DNA of 32,000 bases from contig JAUWGH010000001.1 in assembly GCA_030606485.1 (NCBI GenBank), positions 870,001 through 902,000 of the forward strand, written 5' to 3'. The number at the start of each line of letters is the position of its first letter. Position 1 is the first letter of the stretch. The notes below the pieces were generated by a model. That model was not told the DNA's origin. It made no database searches and saw nothing but the letters and a program-made list of their open reading frames with translations. Positions 8,938 to 18,392 of this stretch are shown here, piece by piece. Position numbers and translations under genes: made by a program. Source of the DNA: Promethearchaeota archaeon (GTDB lineage: Archaea > Asgardarchaeota > Lokiarchaeia > Sigyniarchaeales > SOKP01).

Positions 8938-9504
8938 ATGACTAATAATAACTCATCAGATAAAATAAACACAATTGAAGACAAAATCGGATCATTCTCG
9001 GAAATACTTCAAAACTTTGGTCTAAACCTCATACAAAATATTGGAAAAATTACTCATTCAATTCATATATTAACCGATAAAATTGATGAACTTTTTAAAA
9101 CAACTCTAGATATAAAGGGACTTATTCCACAACTGAATAAAATTATTGAAAAACAAGATATAATTGAAAGTGAAATTGATCTCCTAAAATCAGTAATCTC
9201 ACAAGGAATAATTACTCAAAAATCAACTGAAATTGAAAGAGATGAAACAACAACAATAAAATCAAATAATGCTAAGGAGATCTTTAATAATTTAAAAAAA
9301 GCACTTAGGAGCACAAAAGATTTAGAGAAAATAAAAGCTCTCTTAGATGAAACAAAAGAATCGATCTTTGAAATTACCGGAGGTCATAGAACTTTGTATG
9401 AAATATCAAAAACCATTACCGAGTTAAAAAACTTTAAAGAATTTAATGAATCTTTGGAAAAAATGCTTCTTGATAAGATTGATTTCTGGATTATAAAATT
9501 TTAA
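8938..9504 (+). CDS. Hypothetical all-helical protein (coiled coil plus C-terminal helical bundle)
   Basis: 188-aa ORF with heptad periodicity and no recognised catalytic motif. Confidence 0.6.
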   Translation: MTNNNSSDKINTIEDKIGSFSEILQNFGLNLIQNIGKITHSIHILTDKIDELFKTTLDIKGLIPQLNKIIEKQDIIESEIDLLKSVISQGIITQKSTEIERDETTTIKSNNAKEIFNNLKKALRSTKDLEKIKALLDETKESIFEITGGHRTLYEISKTITELKNFKEFNESLEKMLLDKIDFWIIKF

Positions 9505-9689
9505 AATCCCCTAATCCATTTGCATTCTTTAAAAAAAAAGGATTCTTAAAAAAAATAAATAATTTAATTTTAGAAATTTCATGGTTTTTTGGAGCTTTTT
9601 TATCTTAATTATGATTAAATATTTTAAAGTGAAATTTTTTTTTCTACTAAATAACTGGTTAAAATCTTAAAATTACAAAGTGTAAAAAA

Positions 9690-10268
9690 ATGTCAGAAGA
9701 TTCAAATAATGAAAAACTACACTTCTATAGACCAGATACGGAGTTTGTTTATAAGATAATCGTTATAGGGGATCCTGCTGTAGGAAAGACTAGCCTCTTA
9801 AACAATTTTATTAAAAAGAAATTTACAACACAATATTTACCGACCGTAGGTGTGAATATTTTAAAGTACATTCTTCAATTTGAAACAAAAGAAGGGGAGA
9901 AAACTGAAGTTAATCTAATGTTCTGGGATATCGCAGGACAGCCTCAGTTCTACATGATCCACAAACCATATTATCAAGGTGCAAACGGAATTATTCTTGT
10001 GTTTGATATTACCAGAAGTAGTACTTTCTCAAATGTTAACAATTGGTTCAATGAAGCTGTTAAATTTGGTCTTTCATCAGTACCAAGATTACTTGTTGGG
10101 AATAAGATTGATTTAAAAGATGAAAGGAAGATTATTGTTCCAATGTCAGAGCATCTTTCTAAGAAGTTAAATGCTCCATATTTCGAAACATCCGCAAAAA
10201 CAGGTGTCAATGTTCCTAATATTTTCCATAAAATTACCGAATTAATCTATTATAAGAAAAATGAATAA
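9690..10268 (+). CDS. Rab-like small GTPase without a C-terminal prenylation motif
   Basis: GDPAVGKTS, YLPTVG, WDIAGQ, YYQGA, LVFDIT, GNKID and ETSAK. The protein ends YYKKNE with no Cys. Confidence 0.92.
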   Translation: MSEDSNNEKLHFYRPDTEFVYKIIVIGDPAVGKTSLLNNFIKKKFTTQYLPTVGVNILKYILQFETKEGEKTEVNLMFWDIAGQPQFYMIHKPYYQGANGIILVFDITRSSTFSNVNNWFNEAVKFGLSSVPRLLVGNKIDLKDERKIIVPMSEHLSKKLNAPYFETSAKTGVNVPNIFHKITELIYYKKNE

Positions 10269-10351
10269 AAATCAATAGATTAAAACTCTTTTTTTCAATT
10301 TAATTTACTTGTTTTTAAGAAGGTATTATTTTTTAATTGCATAGGAAATCA

Positions 10352-10431
10352 AGGTCAAGTATAAAAATTCGAGGTCAAATGAAAAAAATTTTACGAATTT
10401 ATTTATATAGGAGTTTTAACCTCGTAAAATT
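10352..10431. promoter_or_regulatory. Candidate operator/promoter: AGGTCAA direct repeat plus a 10-bp inverted repeat around a TATA-like box
   Basis: aggtcaa at 10352 and 10372 (20-bp period). aattttacga 10387-10396 and tcgtaaaatt 10422-10431 flank tttatata. Confidence 0.3.
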
Positions 10432-10631
10432 ATAAAGGGTCTGAATTAAAAGGAGAAAAATGATTTTTGACGAATATGAATTTTAATCATATCCATATAT
10501 TACATTGTAATATATAAACTATTATTGCTATAATATTCAGATCATATTCAAGGGATTATTCAGCTGATATTGAAAAGATCTCGAGAATATAGTATTGGAT
10601 GATATAAGGATTAAAATAAATTTAAGAGGTT

Positions 10632-10931
10632 GTGTGTGAAGAAATGAGTATGTTTAGATCTTATTTGTTGAAACAAAACTTTTGGGCAAAAAAGGGAAAG
10701 GAAAGGACAGTATATATGAAACATGATATAAATATTGGTGGAATATATGCAAAAATTGAAAAAAATCGTGGCGTAACACTGTTTATTAAAGGGAAGGATT
10801 ATTTTTTTGATAATTTTGATAATTTGGACGTTTTCTTAAACCATTTAACAAACAGTTCTAATAACGATGATTTTTCGAGAGTTCTTAAGAGAAGAAATAT
10901 GCAAAAGGCTCTTAGAACTTTAGCAATTTAA
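10632..10931 (+). CDS. Small hypothetical protein (start could be the ATG at 10644 or 10650)
   Basis: 99-aa ORF with protein-like composition and an agaggt purine tract upstream. No recognised motif. Confidence 0.5.
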   Translation: MCEEMSMFRSYLLKQNFWAKKGKERTVYMKHDINIGGIYAKIEKNRGVTLFIKGKDYFFDNFDNLDVFLNHLTNSSNNDDFSRVLKRRNMQKALRTLAI

Positions 10932-11112
10932 TTAAATTAGAAATAAATTTATTTTCCTATTTTTTAACAAAAGTTAATACAAATTAAATATTCAATTGGA
11001 ATTAAATCGAATTAAATACTACATATCATCGATTTAAATACAATAGATTTTATGATTTCTTATTGAAATATATTATATTCTATGAAGTAATATCTTAGAT
11101 TAACAAAAGATT

Positions 11113-11637
11113 GTGAGGATCTTGAAAATCTCCGAAAAATTTGATGAAAAAGTAATATTAGAAAGAATAAAAATTCTTTTTAAGGAATTTGAGAAAGAGA
11201 ACATTATGATTAGCATAGCAGAATCATGTACTGGAGGGTATATTTCTCATATGATAACAAATATACCAGGAGCATCAAAAGTTTTTGAGCGTGGAGTGAT
11301 AACATATAGTAACAAATCTAAGAGTGAAATATTGGGTGTAGATCCAGAAACGATAAAGGAGTTCGGTGCTGCTAGTGATATTGTTGCAAAGCAGATGGCA
11401 GAAGGTATTCGGAGAATCTCAAATTCAAAAATAGGAATCGGGATTACGGGTATAGCGGGTCCCACCGGGGGTACGAAATTAAAACCGGTTGGCTTAGTGT
11501 ATGTTTCATATTCCTTTAAAAATCAAATAATAGTTGATAAATATCATTTTCAGACTAGCCGGATAAAATTTAAGCAAAAAGTTTTAGAAACTATTATTAA
11601 TCGACTAGAATCTATAGTTCAAGAGGAACTAAAATAA
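11113..11637 (+). CDS. pncC: CinA C-terminal domain protein / NMN deamidase (PncC)
   Basis: AESCTGG, PGASKVF, TYSNKSK, QMAEG, ITGIAGPTGG and KPVGLVY. Confidence 0.88.
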   Translation: MRILKISEKFDEKVILERIKILFKEFEKENIMISIAESCTGGYISHMITNIPGASKVFERGVITYSNKSKSEILGVDPETIKEFGAASDIVAKQMAEGIRRISNSKIGIGITGIAGPTGGTKLKPVGLVYVSYSFKNQIIVDKYHFQTSRIKFKQKVLETIINRLESIVQEELK

Positions 11638-11643
11638 GAATTA

Positions 11644-12747
11644 TTAAAATTCTCTATTTATACTAAAATTTAATAATTCCATGAAAAATTTTTCATATTT
11701 TTTATTTAATCCTGGATAAATTTTCTTTAAAGATACCTTGGCTTGAGAAATTAGATTTAAACCAAATTGTTGAGATATTTGTAGGGCGTTTGTTTCATTA
11801 ATAATCTTCAAAACTTCCTCAATTTCATTTTTATTTAAATCGGGTTTCCCATATAATTCATTTAAAATTTTTTGTTGGGCTTCTGTTGTATTCTGGATTG
11901 CTATAATATATGGAAATTTTTTCTCGCCATGCATTATATCTTTCTCTAGGTCTAAAATGTCGTCTCTAATAGAATGTATTTGACCTAATTTTAACATAAA
12001 ATCTGATAATGGATGAATTTGATAATTGAAATTACCTTTTGCAAGAATTGCACCGATTTTTGCCGATTTTTCAAATAATCTTGCAGTTTTTAACTCTGCA
12101 ATATTTAAGTACTGTTCCAAAGTCATAGTGATTTTATTCCAAAACATGTATTCTTCAATAATTAATCCTTTATTTATTGAATTAAATGCTTCATTGTACT
12201 CAGCAAGTGCCTTGAATTTTATTTCATTCTCAAACTTTGAATTAAAAATAATCTGGGAACCTAAAAAATAGGTTATATTTCCTCCTAGAATTGCCATAAC
12301 GACTCCGAATTCTCGAGCAGATTCTTCTTTATTAGGAAAGTCTTTATCAGTATATGTTTCTAATAGTTGATTTGTCCACCTAACATGAAAAGAAGGAAAT
12401 CCTCTTCGTATCATATCCTTGTCAATAAGATCATCATGAATAATTTTTGCATTATGAAGAAATTCAACAGAGAGCGCGACAGATAAAATTTTATCTGCCA
12501 TTTCTTCTATATAGTGAGGATTTGCAATTCCTAAAAATGATGCAATTAAAATTATAGGATGTAATCTTTTTGGTCTTTTATTTGGGGGTAATATGTAATC
12601 TTTTACTTTTTTAATGAAATCATATAGTAATGTGTTTTGAATTGATTCTGATTTTAATATATCTAAGAAATATTTTTCTAATTCTAAATCGACTTTATTT
12701 TTCTCTTCTTTAAAATATTGTTCTAAAAAGTTTTGTGATTTGCTCAT
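11644..12747 (-). CDS. Trans-isoprenyl diphosphate synthase family protein, diverged
   Basis: KRLHP, FARM HDDLID..RRG, KTARLF and SARM IRDDILD. Confidence 0.85.
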   Translation of the reverse strand: MSKSQNFLEQYFKEEKNKVDLELEKYFLDILKSESIQNTLLYDFIKKVKDYILPPNKRPKRLHPIILIASFLGIANPHYIEEMADKILSVALSVEFLHNAKIIHDDLIDKDMIRRGFPSFHVRWTNQLLETYTDKDFPNKEESAREFGVVMAILGGNITYFLGSQIIFNSKFENEIKFKALAEYNEAFNSINKGLIIEEYMFWNKITMTLEQYLNIAELKTARLFEKSAKIGAILAKGNFNYQIHPLSDFMLKLGQIHSIRDDILDLEKDIMHGEKKFPYIIAIQNTTEAQQKILNELYGKPDLNKNEIEEVLKIINETNALQISQQFGLNLISQAKVSLKKIYPGLNKKYEKFFMELLNFSINREF

Positions 12748-12989
12748 CTCTAAACTCTTACTTAAATAATTATTAATTAAATTTTTTCATCATAATTAAA
12801 ATATAGGCACTTAATCCTTTTATAAAATAATAAAAATTCTTAAATTTATTTAGTTCCTCCTACCTTAAAGAATTATTTTCGATAAATTTTGAGTTATTTG
12901 TCAAAAATTAAAATGGAATTACTTTTTTATTGAAATGACATTGTAAATTATATAATTATTAATAAATGTTATATTTTTAATAAAAGAAG

Positions 12990-13508
12990 GTGTTTGATAA
13001 TATGAAATTGGGAGTTATTTCTGATTCACATGATAATTTAAACATGATTAAAAAAGCAGTAAATATTTTGAATAAAGAAAATATTGATTTCTTGATACAC
13101 TGTGGGGATATCATCTCTCCTTTTATTTCAACAGTTTTTGAAGGGTTAAATGAAAAAATAAAAAATGGAAATTTTTATGGAGTTTTTGGTAATAACGATG
13201 GAGATCTTTTATATTTAATAGAAAAGTTAGGAAAGATTTGTAAACTCAACGGTTATGAAGCAATTTTAGAATTAGCTGGGAAGAAAATATATGTTTCTCA
13301 TGGTCCAGATCCTTTAGTTATTAAAAGTCTAGCAAAATCTGGTGAATTTGATATTATTGCAACAGGTCATACTCATGATCATAAAATTGAAACAATTAAT
13401 AATACATTAGTTATAAATCCAGGAGAATTATGTGGATATCTAACTGGAAAAGCTACATTGGTAATTGTAGATTTAGAGACAATGGAGCCCCGATTAATAG
13501 AAATATAG
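12990..13508 (+). CDS. YfcE/MJ0936-type metallophosphoesterase
   Basis: SDSHDN, HCGD, GNND, SHG, GHTH and NPG motifs are all intact. Confidence 0.9.
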   Translation: MFDNMKLGVISDSHDNLNMIKKAVNILNKENIDFLIHCGDIISPFISTVFEGLNEKIKNGNFYGVFGNNDGDLLYLIEKLGKICKLNGYEAILELAGKKIYVSHGPDPLVIKSLAKSGEFDIIATGHTHDHKIETINNTLVINPGELCGYLTGKATLVIVDLETMEPRLIEI

Positions 13509-13527
13509 TTTAATATGGATTCAAAAT

Positions 13528-14730
13528 TTAAATTACTCCATTTATTTTAAATTTATGTATTTCTTCATCGGAATAATTTAATGTTTTAAGAATTTCCTTT
13601 GTATGTTGACCTACTTTAGGAGGCAGACTTCTTATTTTCAGGGGTGTTCTTGAAAATTTTATCGGAGAAGCAATATTTTTAATTTTTCCTAATTTTGGAT
13701 GGTCTAATTCGACCACCATATTTCGAGCGATAATCTGAGAGTCATCACATGCTTCAGCAAAATTTTTTACGGGCATAATACATGTATCAAAATTTTTAAA
13801 ATGTTCTAACCATTCTTCTTGAGTTTTTGTTAAGAATTTTTCTTGAATTTTTTCAAATACTTCTTCTTTTTCCAGACCTTGAGGGAACTGTTTTAGTTTT
13901 AAATCGGATAACCCCAATCCTTCACATAAGTTATTCCAAAACTTTATCTCTATTACACCTATAGACAAATATTTATTATCTTTAGTTTTATATACAGAAT
14001 AAAATGGAAAATCACCTTGTATTAGGGATAGAGTTGCTAAATTCTGAGAAAAATGATATGCTGCTGACATTGGCATAAAAGAAAAGACACAATCTAACAT
14101 TGAAATATCAATATATTGACCTTTTCTTTCTGAATTTTTTGCTCTTTCAATAATTGCGGATAAGATACCTATAGCAGATACCAAACCACCTCCAATATCT
14201 GCAGCTTGAATTCCTGGGACTATAGGTTTTCTTTCTCGATTTGGTTGAGTTTCAATTCTTCTATCTTTATTTAAATCTAAAATACCACAAATACTGATAT
14301 AATTTAAATCATGACCCGCAAGTTGTTCATAAGGACCATCCTGACCGTAACCAGTTAATGAGCAGTAAATAATTGATGGATTAATTGAAGATAAAGTGTC
14401 ATAATCAATTTTTAATTTATTTGTTACTTTCGGTCTAAAAGTTTCTAAAATAATATCTGCCCGTTTTACTAACTCATAGAAGATTTCCCTTGCCTTTTCT
14501 TTCTTTAAATTAAGAGTAATTGATTTTTTATTACGCATTAAAATAGAATTAAAAGCGCTTTCTCGATATCTTCCTTTTTGATGAAATGGAGGAGGGTTTG
14601 AATAGGCATAATTAGGATCTACTACATGAATAACTTCTGCTCCCATGTCACCCAAAATCATAGTACAATAAGGTCCTGGGAGCATTCTAGATAGATCTAA
14701 AACCTTAATCCCATCTAAAGGTAAAGTCAT
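13528..14730 (-). CDS. Class III CoA-transferase (CaiB/BaiF/AMACR-like)
   Basis: LDGIKVLDLSRMLPGPYCTMILGDMGAEV, RNKKSITLNLK, GHDLNY, catalytic AADIGGG and PPKVGQHT. Confidence 0.92.
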   Translation of the reverse strand: MTLPLDGIKVLDLSRMLPGPYCTMILGDMGAEVIHVVDPNYAYSNPPPFHQKGRYRESAFNSILMRNKKSITLNLKKEKAREIFYELVKRADIILETFRPKVTNKLKIDYDTLSSINPSIIYCSLTGYGQDGPYEQLAGHDLNYISICGILDLNKDRRIETQPNRERKPIVPGIQAADIGGGLVSAIGILSAIIERAKNSERKGQYIDISMLDCVFSFMPMSAAYHFSQNLATLSLIQGDFPFYSVYKTKDNKYLSIGVIEIKFWNNLCEGLGLSDLKLKQFPQGLEKEEVFEKIQEKFLTKTQEEWLEHFKNFDTCIMPVKNFAEACDDSQIIARNMVVELDHPKLGKIKNIASPIKFSRTPLKIRSLPPKVGQHTKEILKTLNYSDEEIHKFKINGVI

Positions 14731-14883
14731 AATAATTAATTATTAAAATACATGGTTTTTATGTTTTCTCTATTTTTAAGAACGTAAATTTATTGAAATA
14801 TTAAATATTTAAAAAGAATTCATCTAATAAAATGAGATTTTTATCCAAAAGATTGGCTATGCAATTCAAAATGTTCTAAAAAT

Positions 14884-15861
14884 TTATAGTAGAATCACGA
14901 TTACTCCCGTTATTGTCAATATAACACCTAAAAATCCTTTTTTTGAAATTTTTTCGCCATTAATTAAATAATCTAGTGGAAGTGCGAATAAAGGACTTGC
15001 ACTTGCTATTATGGCTATAAAGGTAGCTCCTGCTTTTCGAACTGCTTCAGTATATAGAAAAGCACCTATTGAAGTACCTATAATAGAACCAATAATTAAC
15101 CAATACCACATTTGGGTAGACTTATTTTTTCGATGGGATGATTTAATTTTGGTCTGAATATGCTCTTCTCTCCATATAATTAAAGTTAAAATCAAAAAAA
15201 TGAATGGAAATCGGATTACATTTCCAATAATAGAGCTGAATGCTTCTATTTGTAGGATACGGTCAATTTCATTCAGAGCGTATTCAATTAATACAGCACC
15301 AATTGCCCAACCTAATGATGCTATCAAACCAAAAATAATTGTTGGTGAAAATGTTCGTGAATTGATTTCAAAATTGTTAAAATCCTTGGAAACTGAAGTT
15401 TGATCCCCATTAGAAACATTGACATCCTCCAGATTAATTTTAGAGGTCGCAATAATTACAACCCCAATCCCAATGAAAAGAATTGAAATAATTATTCTAA
15501 TATCAAACGGATAGTCAAGAAATATCATTGATATGATAAATGTAAATAGTGGAAATGTCATTGAAATAGATAAAGCTTTTGCGGTCCCCAACTCTTTTTG
15601 AGCCTTAAGGTATGATGTATCACCAATGACTTGTCCGAAAATAAAACTCAAGATTAATATGAACCATAAAGTCAAAGGGAGCAAAAAAATATGAAAAAAT
15701 ACTTCAAATACTAAAGCTAAAATGATAAATGTTAAAGTTCCAATCCCTGTGCGAAAAAAATTTATAAAAGAAGGAGATGCTTCATGTTCAGTTTTTCTAA
15801 ATAGAATGTTAGATATTACAAAAGTAAGTACAGCAAAAATTGCAAATAATTCACCGGTCAT
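14884..15861 (-). CDS. DMT/EamA family transporter
   Basis: About 10 hydrophobic helices in two repeats, with GDTSYLKAQKELG and EKISKKGFLGVILTITGV. Confidence 0.85.
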   Translation of the reverse strand: MTGELFAIFAVLTFVISNILFRKTEHEASPSFINFFRTGIGTLTFIILALVFEVFFHIFLLPLTLWFILILSFIFGQVIGDTSYLKAQKELGTAKALSISMTFPLFTFIISMIFLDYPFDIRIIISILFIGIGVVIIATSKINLEDVNVSNGDQTSVSKDFNNFEINSRTFSPTIIFGLIASLGWAIGAVLIEYALNEIDRILQIEAFSSIIGNVIRFPFIFLILTLIIWREEHIQTKIKSSHRKNKSTQMWYWLIIGSIIGTSIGAFLYTEAVRKAGATFIAIIASASPLFALPLDYLINGEKISKKGFLGVILTITGVIVILL

Positions 15862-16026
15862 TATTTCTTTTGGTACTGGATTGCTTAAATTTATTCCTAA
15901 TGATTAATTAAATATAAGAAACTGAAAAATAGAACTGAATCTAAAATACCTTTAAATAATTTTATTTATAATAACAAATTTGTATTATTTTATTAGAATA
16001 AAAGATTCTTTCATGGAAGATTTGTT

Positions 16027-17574
16027 ATGAGTAAGAAAGCAGAAGAACCTATGAAAAATAACGAAAATGAGGAGGAAGAAAGCGAAAAACCAATTGTAGT
16101 TAAAGCTGAAGCTTATAAAACGATTATATTATATGCAAGCAGATATGCTAACCAAGCAATACCTCCAGCCGAATGGAAAGAGATCTATGGAATTTTAGTT
16201 GGGCATATTACTGATGCTGTAGTTATTGTTGAAAGAGCTGAAGCTCTCACATTTGGGCATAGCACCGATGTTCAATTAGATGAAAGACATTATGGTTTTA
16301 TTGAATCTATTGAAAATAAATTATATGAAGAAAACCAAGGTCGTTTTATTGTGGGTTGGTTTCATAGTCACCCTGGTTTAGGACTGTTTTATTCATATGT
16401 TGATTTAATAAATCACATCGGCTTTCAAGGGAAAAATAGAGATGCTTGTGGATTGGTTTTTGATCATACTTTGTTGGGGAAAAAGAAAAGAGAAAAAGTT
16501 ACTAATTCAGAACATATGATTACCAAATATGACACTGGGTTTGAAATATATCGAATGAATGATGTAAATATGGATATCAATGATCCTGGATTCGAAAATA
16601 ATTATCATAAAGTTGATTATTTTATTGATGGATTGAATAAATTCTTTTTTGCGAATGTGATGACTGAACTTTCATCTTTAGTTACAAGCGGAAAACCTTT
16701 ACAATCAGCATATGGAGAAAATGTTTCCAGTTATACACCGCAATTCACTCATCATCCAGAAGAAATCCATGAATATTTAAATAAAGAATCAGATATTTAT
16801 CGCAAAAATATTTCTCAAGAAACTATGCCTGAATTAAACGAAATTCCTTTAGAGATAAACGGAGAATTTGAAATGAAAGATATTTTTCGTGACGCCCCTG
16901 AAATTATGCAGTCAGAGAAACATGACAACTCTCAAAAATTGAAAATGGCTGATGAATTATTTTTTGAGGGGAATCAAGCATTCAGACAAAAAAATTCATT
17001 TGAAGGAGTTGAAAAATATAAAAAAGGTTTGAAAATTCTTAAAGATATTAATAAAATTGACAAGGTAATGGAATATTTGAGCAAATTAAGTGAAAATTGT
17101 TTACATAATAACCATTATCCATTAGCTGAACAAAATTCTGAAGAACTATTTAAAATTGCTGAATCTAATGGATCTTTATTCTATATGGCAGGATCTAAAT
17201 ATATAATTGGTTTTATTAAAATAATAAAAAATTCCATAAAGGAAGGATTAGAAGACATCCAACAAGCTGCTATATTCTATGAAAATACTATGGATTTTTA
17301 TGGAACAGGTTTATGCAATCAAAAAATTGCGGCAATTTATTCTACTCATCTAAAAGATATTGATAGGGCTTCTCTATTTTTTCTTGAAGCATTAAAAAAT
17401 TTTAATAAAGCTCTTGAAAAGATTCATCCATTAAGAATAACAGTTTGGGATAGTCCAAAACACATTATGGAAAGAATTAATAATCTAAAAGAAACTATTA
17501 AAAAAAATCTAAATCAGATAACCGACCTAAATGTTAAAAGTAAAATTGAATCAGAACTAAAAAATTTCGAATAA
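16027..17574 (+). CDS. JAMM/MPN+ metalloprotease domain fused to TPR/alpha-SNAP-like helical repeats
   Basis: E52 plus VGWFHSHPGLGLFYSYVD matches the HxHx7Sx2D motif. Residues from about aa 305 to the end form helical TPR-like repeats. Confidence 0.82.
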   Translation: MSKKAEEPMKNNENEEEESEKPIVVKAEAYKTIILYASRYANQAIPPAEWKEIYGILVGHITDAVVIVERAEALTFGHSTDVQLDERHYGFIESIENKLYEENQGRFIVGWFHSHPGLGLFYSYVDLINHIGFQGKNRDACGLVFDHTLLGKKKREKVTNSEHMITKYDTGFEIYRMNDVNMDINDPGFENNYHKVDYFIDGLNKFFFANVMTELSSLVTSGKPLQSAYGENVSSYTPQFTHHPEEIHEYLNKESDIYRKNISQETMPELNEIPLEINGEFEMKDIFRDAPEIMQSEKHDNSQKLKMADELFFEGNQAFRQKNSFEGVEKYKKGLKILKDINKIDKVMEYLSKLSENCLHNNHYPLAEQNSEELFKIAESNGSLFYMAGSKYIIGFIKIIKNSIKEGLEDIQQAAIFYENTMDFYGTGLCNQKIAAIYSTHLKDIDRASLFFLEALKNFNKALEKIHPLRITVWDSPKHIMERINNLKETIKKNLNQITDLNVKSKIESELKNFE

Positions 17575-17674
17575 TTATTTTATGAGATAGCCATTTTTCA
17601 TTTAAAAAAAATTAAATTTAATGGTTAATTGTTATAATTTAAAGTATTTTTTTATTTAAACAAACTAATTCTTT

Positions 17675-18331
17675 GTGATTTTTATTCCTAGAAGAAAAAC
17701 AAAAATAAAGTTTAAGAGAAAGATTGCTTGTATCCATCTTGAACCAGCAGGAGATGTGTCTAATTGCTTACAACCATTATGTATTTGTTCAACAAGAGAT
17801 TTAATGCTAGGATCTCATGGTTCTTCAGGTGCATATGTATGTCAGGTATGTGAAGATTATGACCCGAATTCAAATGTAACATTCAATGAAGTATATAAAA
17901 AAAGCAAAAAGATTGCTGAGAAAAAAATTCCAATAGTAAAAGAAATAGAAATTAAAGAGTTAGAAGTTGAATTATTAGAAGATATTGATTTGGATGTAAG
18001 TGAATTCGAAGAAGAGGAGGATGAAGAGTCGAAGGCAATTAAATTTAAAAAACGCTCAAAAGGAACTTCAAAAGGAAGTAAAAAAGAAATTAATGAGATG
18101 CTTACATCGGAGTGCCCTTATTGCGGCGAATTTTTTGAAGATCTATCTGCTCATAAGGCTATTTGTGAATTTGCTCCTTCTAAAAGTAAGATGATAAAAA
18201 CTAGAGGAAGAAAACCCAAACCTCCAACTGAAAAACCAAAAGATGAACAGAAAGGGGAGGTATGTCCTTATTGTGGGAAAACTTTTTTGAGATTAAGCAG
18301 GCATAAATGTAAAAAAGCTCCAAAGAAGTAA
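17675..18331 (+). CDS. Multi-zinc-finger, Lys-rich protein
   Basis: N-terminal Cys/His cluster, an acidic tract, CPYC..H...C and CPYC..H.C fingers, and an RGRKP motif. Confidence 0.7.
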   Translation: MIFIPRRKTKIKFKRKIACIHLEPAGDVSNCLQPLCICSTRDLMLGSHGSSGAYVCQVCEDYDPNSNVTFNEVYKKSKKIAEKKIPIVKEIEIKELEVELLEDIDLDVSEFEEEEDEESKAIKFKKRSKGTSKGSKKEINEMLTSECPYCGEFFEDLSAHKAICEFAPSKSKMIKTRGRKPKPPTEKPKDEQKGEVCPYCGKTFLRLSRHKCKKAPKK

Positions 18332-18392
18332 ACTTACAATATAAATCTCGATTTCATCAAAAGTCAATAAAAAATAAATTTTAAAGATTAAG

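Noticed and set aside
8938-9504. Vps28-like or other ESCRT-I assignment for the helical protein
   Set aside because: Only a generic helical-bundle resemblance, with no diagnostic residues I can support.
12990-13508. Vps29 (retromer) orthologue
   Set aside because: All metallophosphoesterase ligands are intact and the sequence fits the widespread YfcE/MJ0936 family. Nothing specific to Vps29 is visible and no Vps26 or Vps35 lies nearby.
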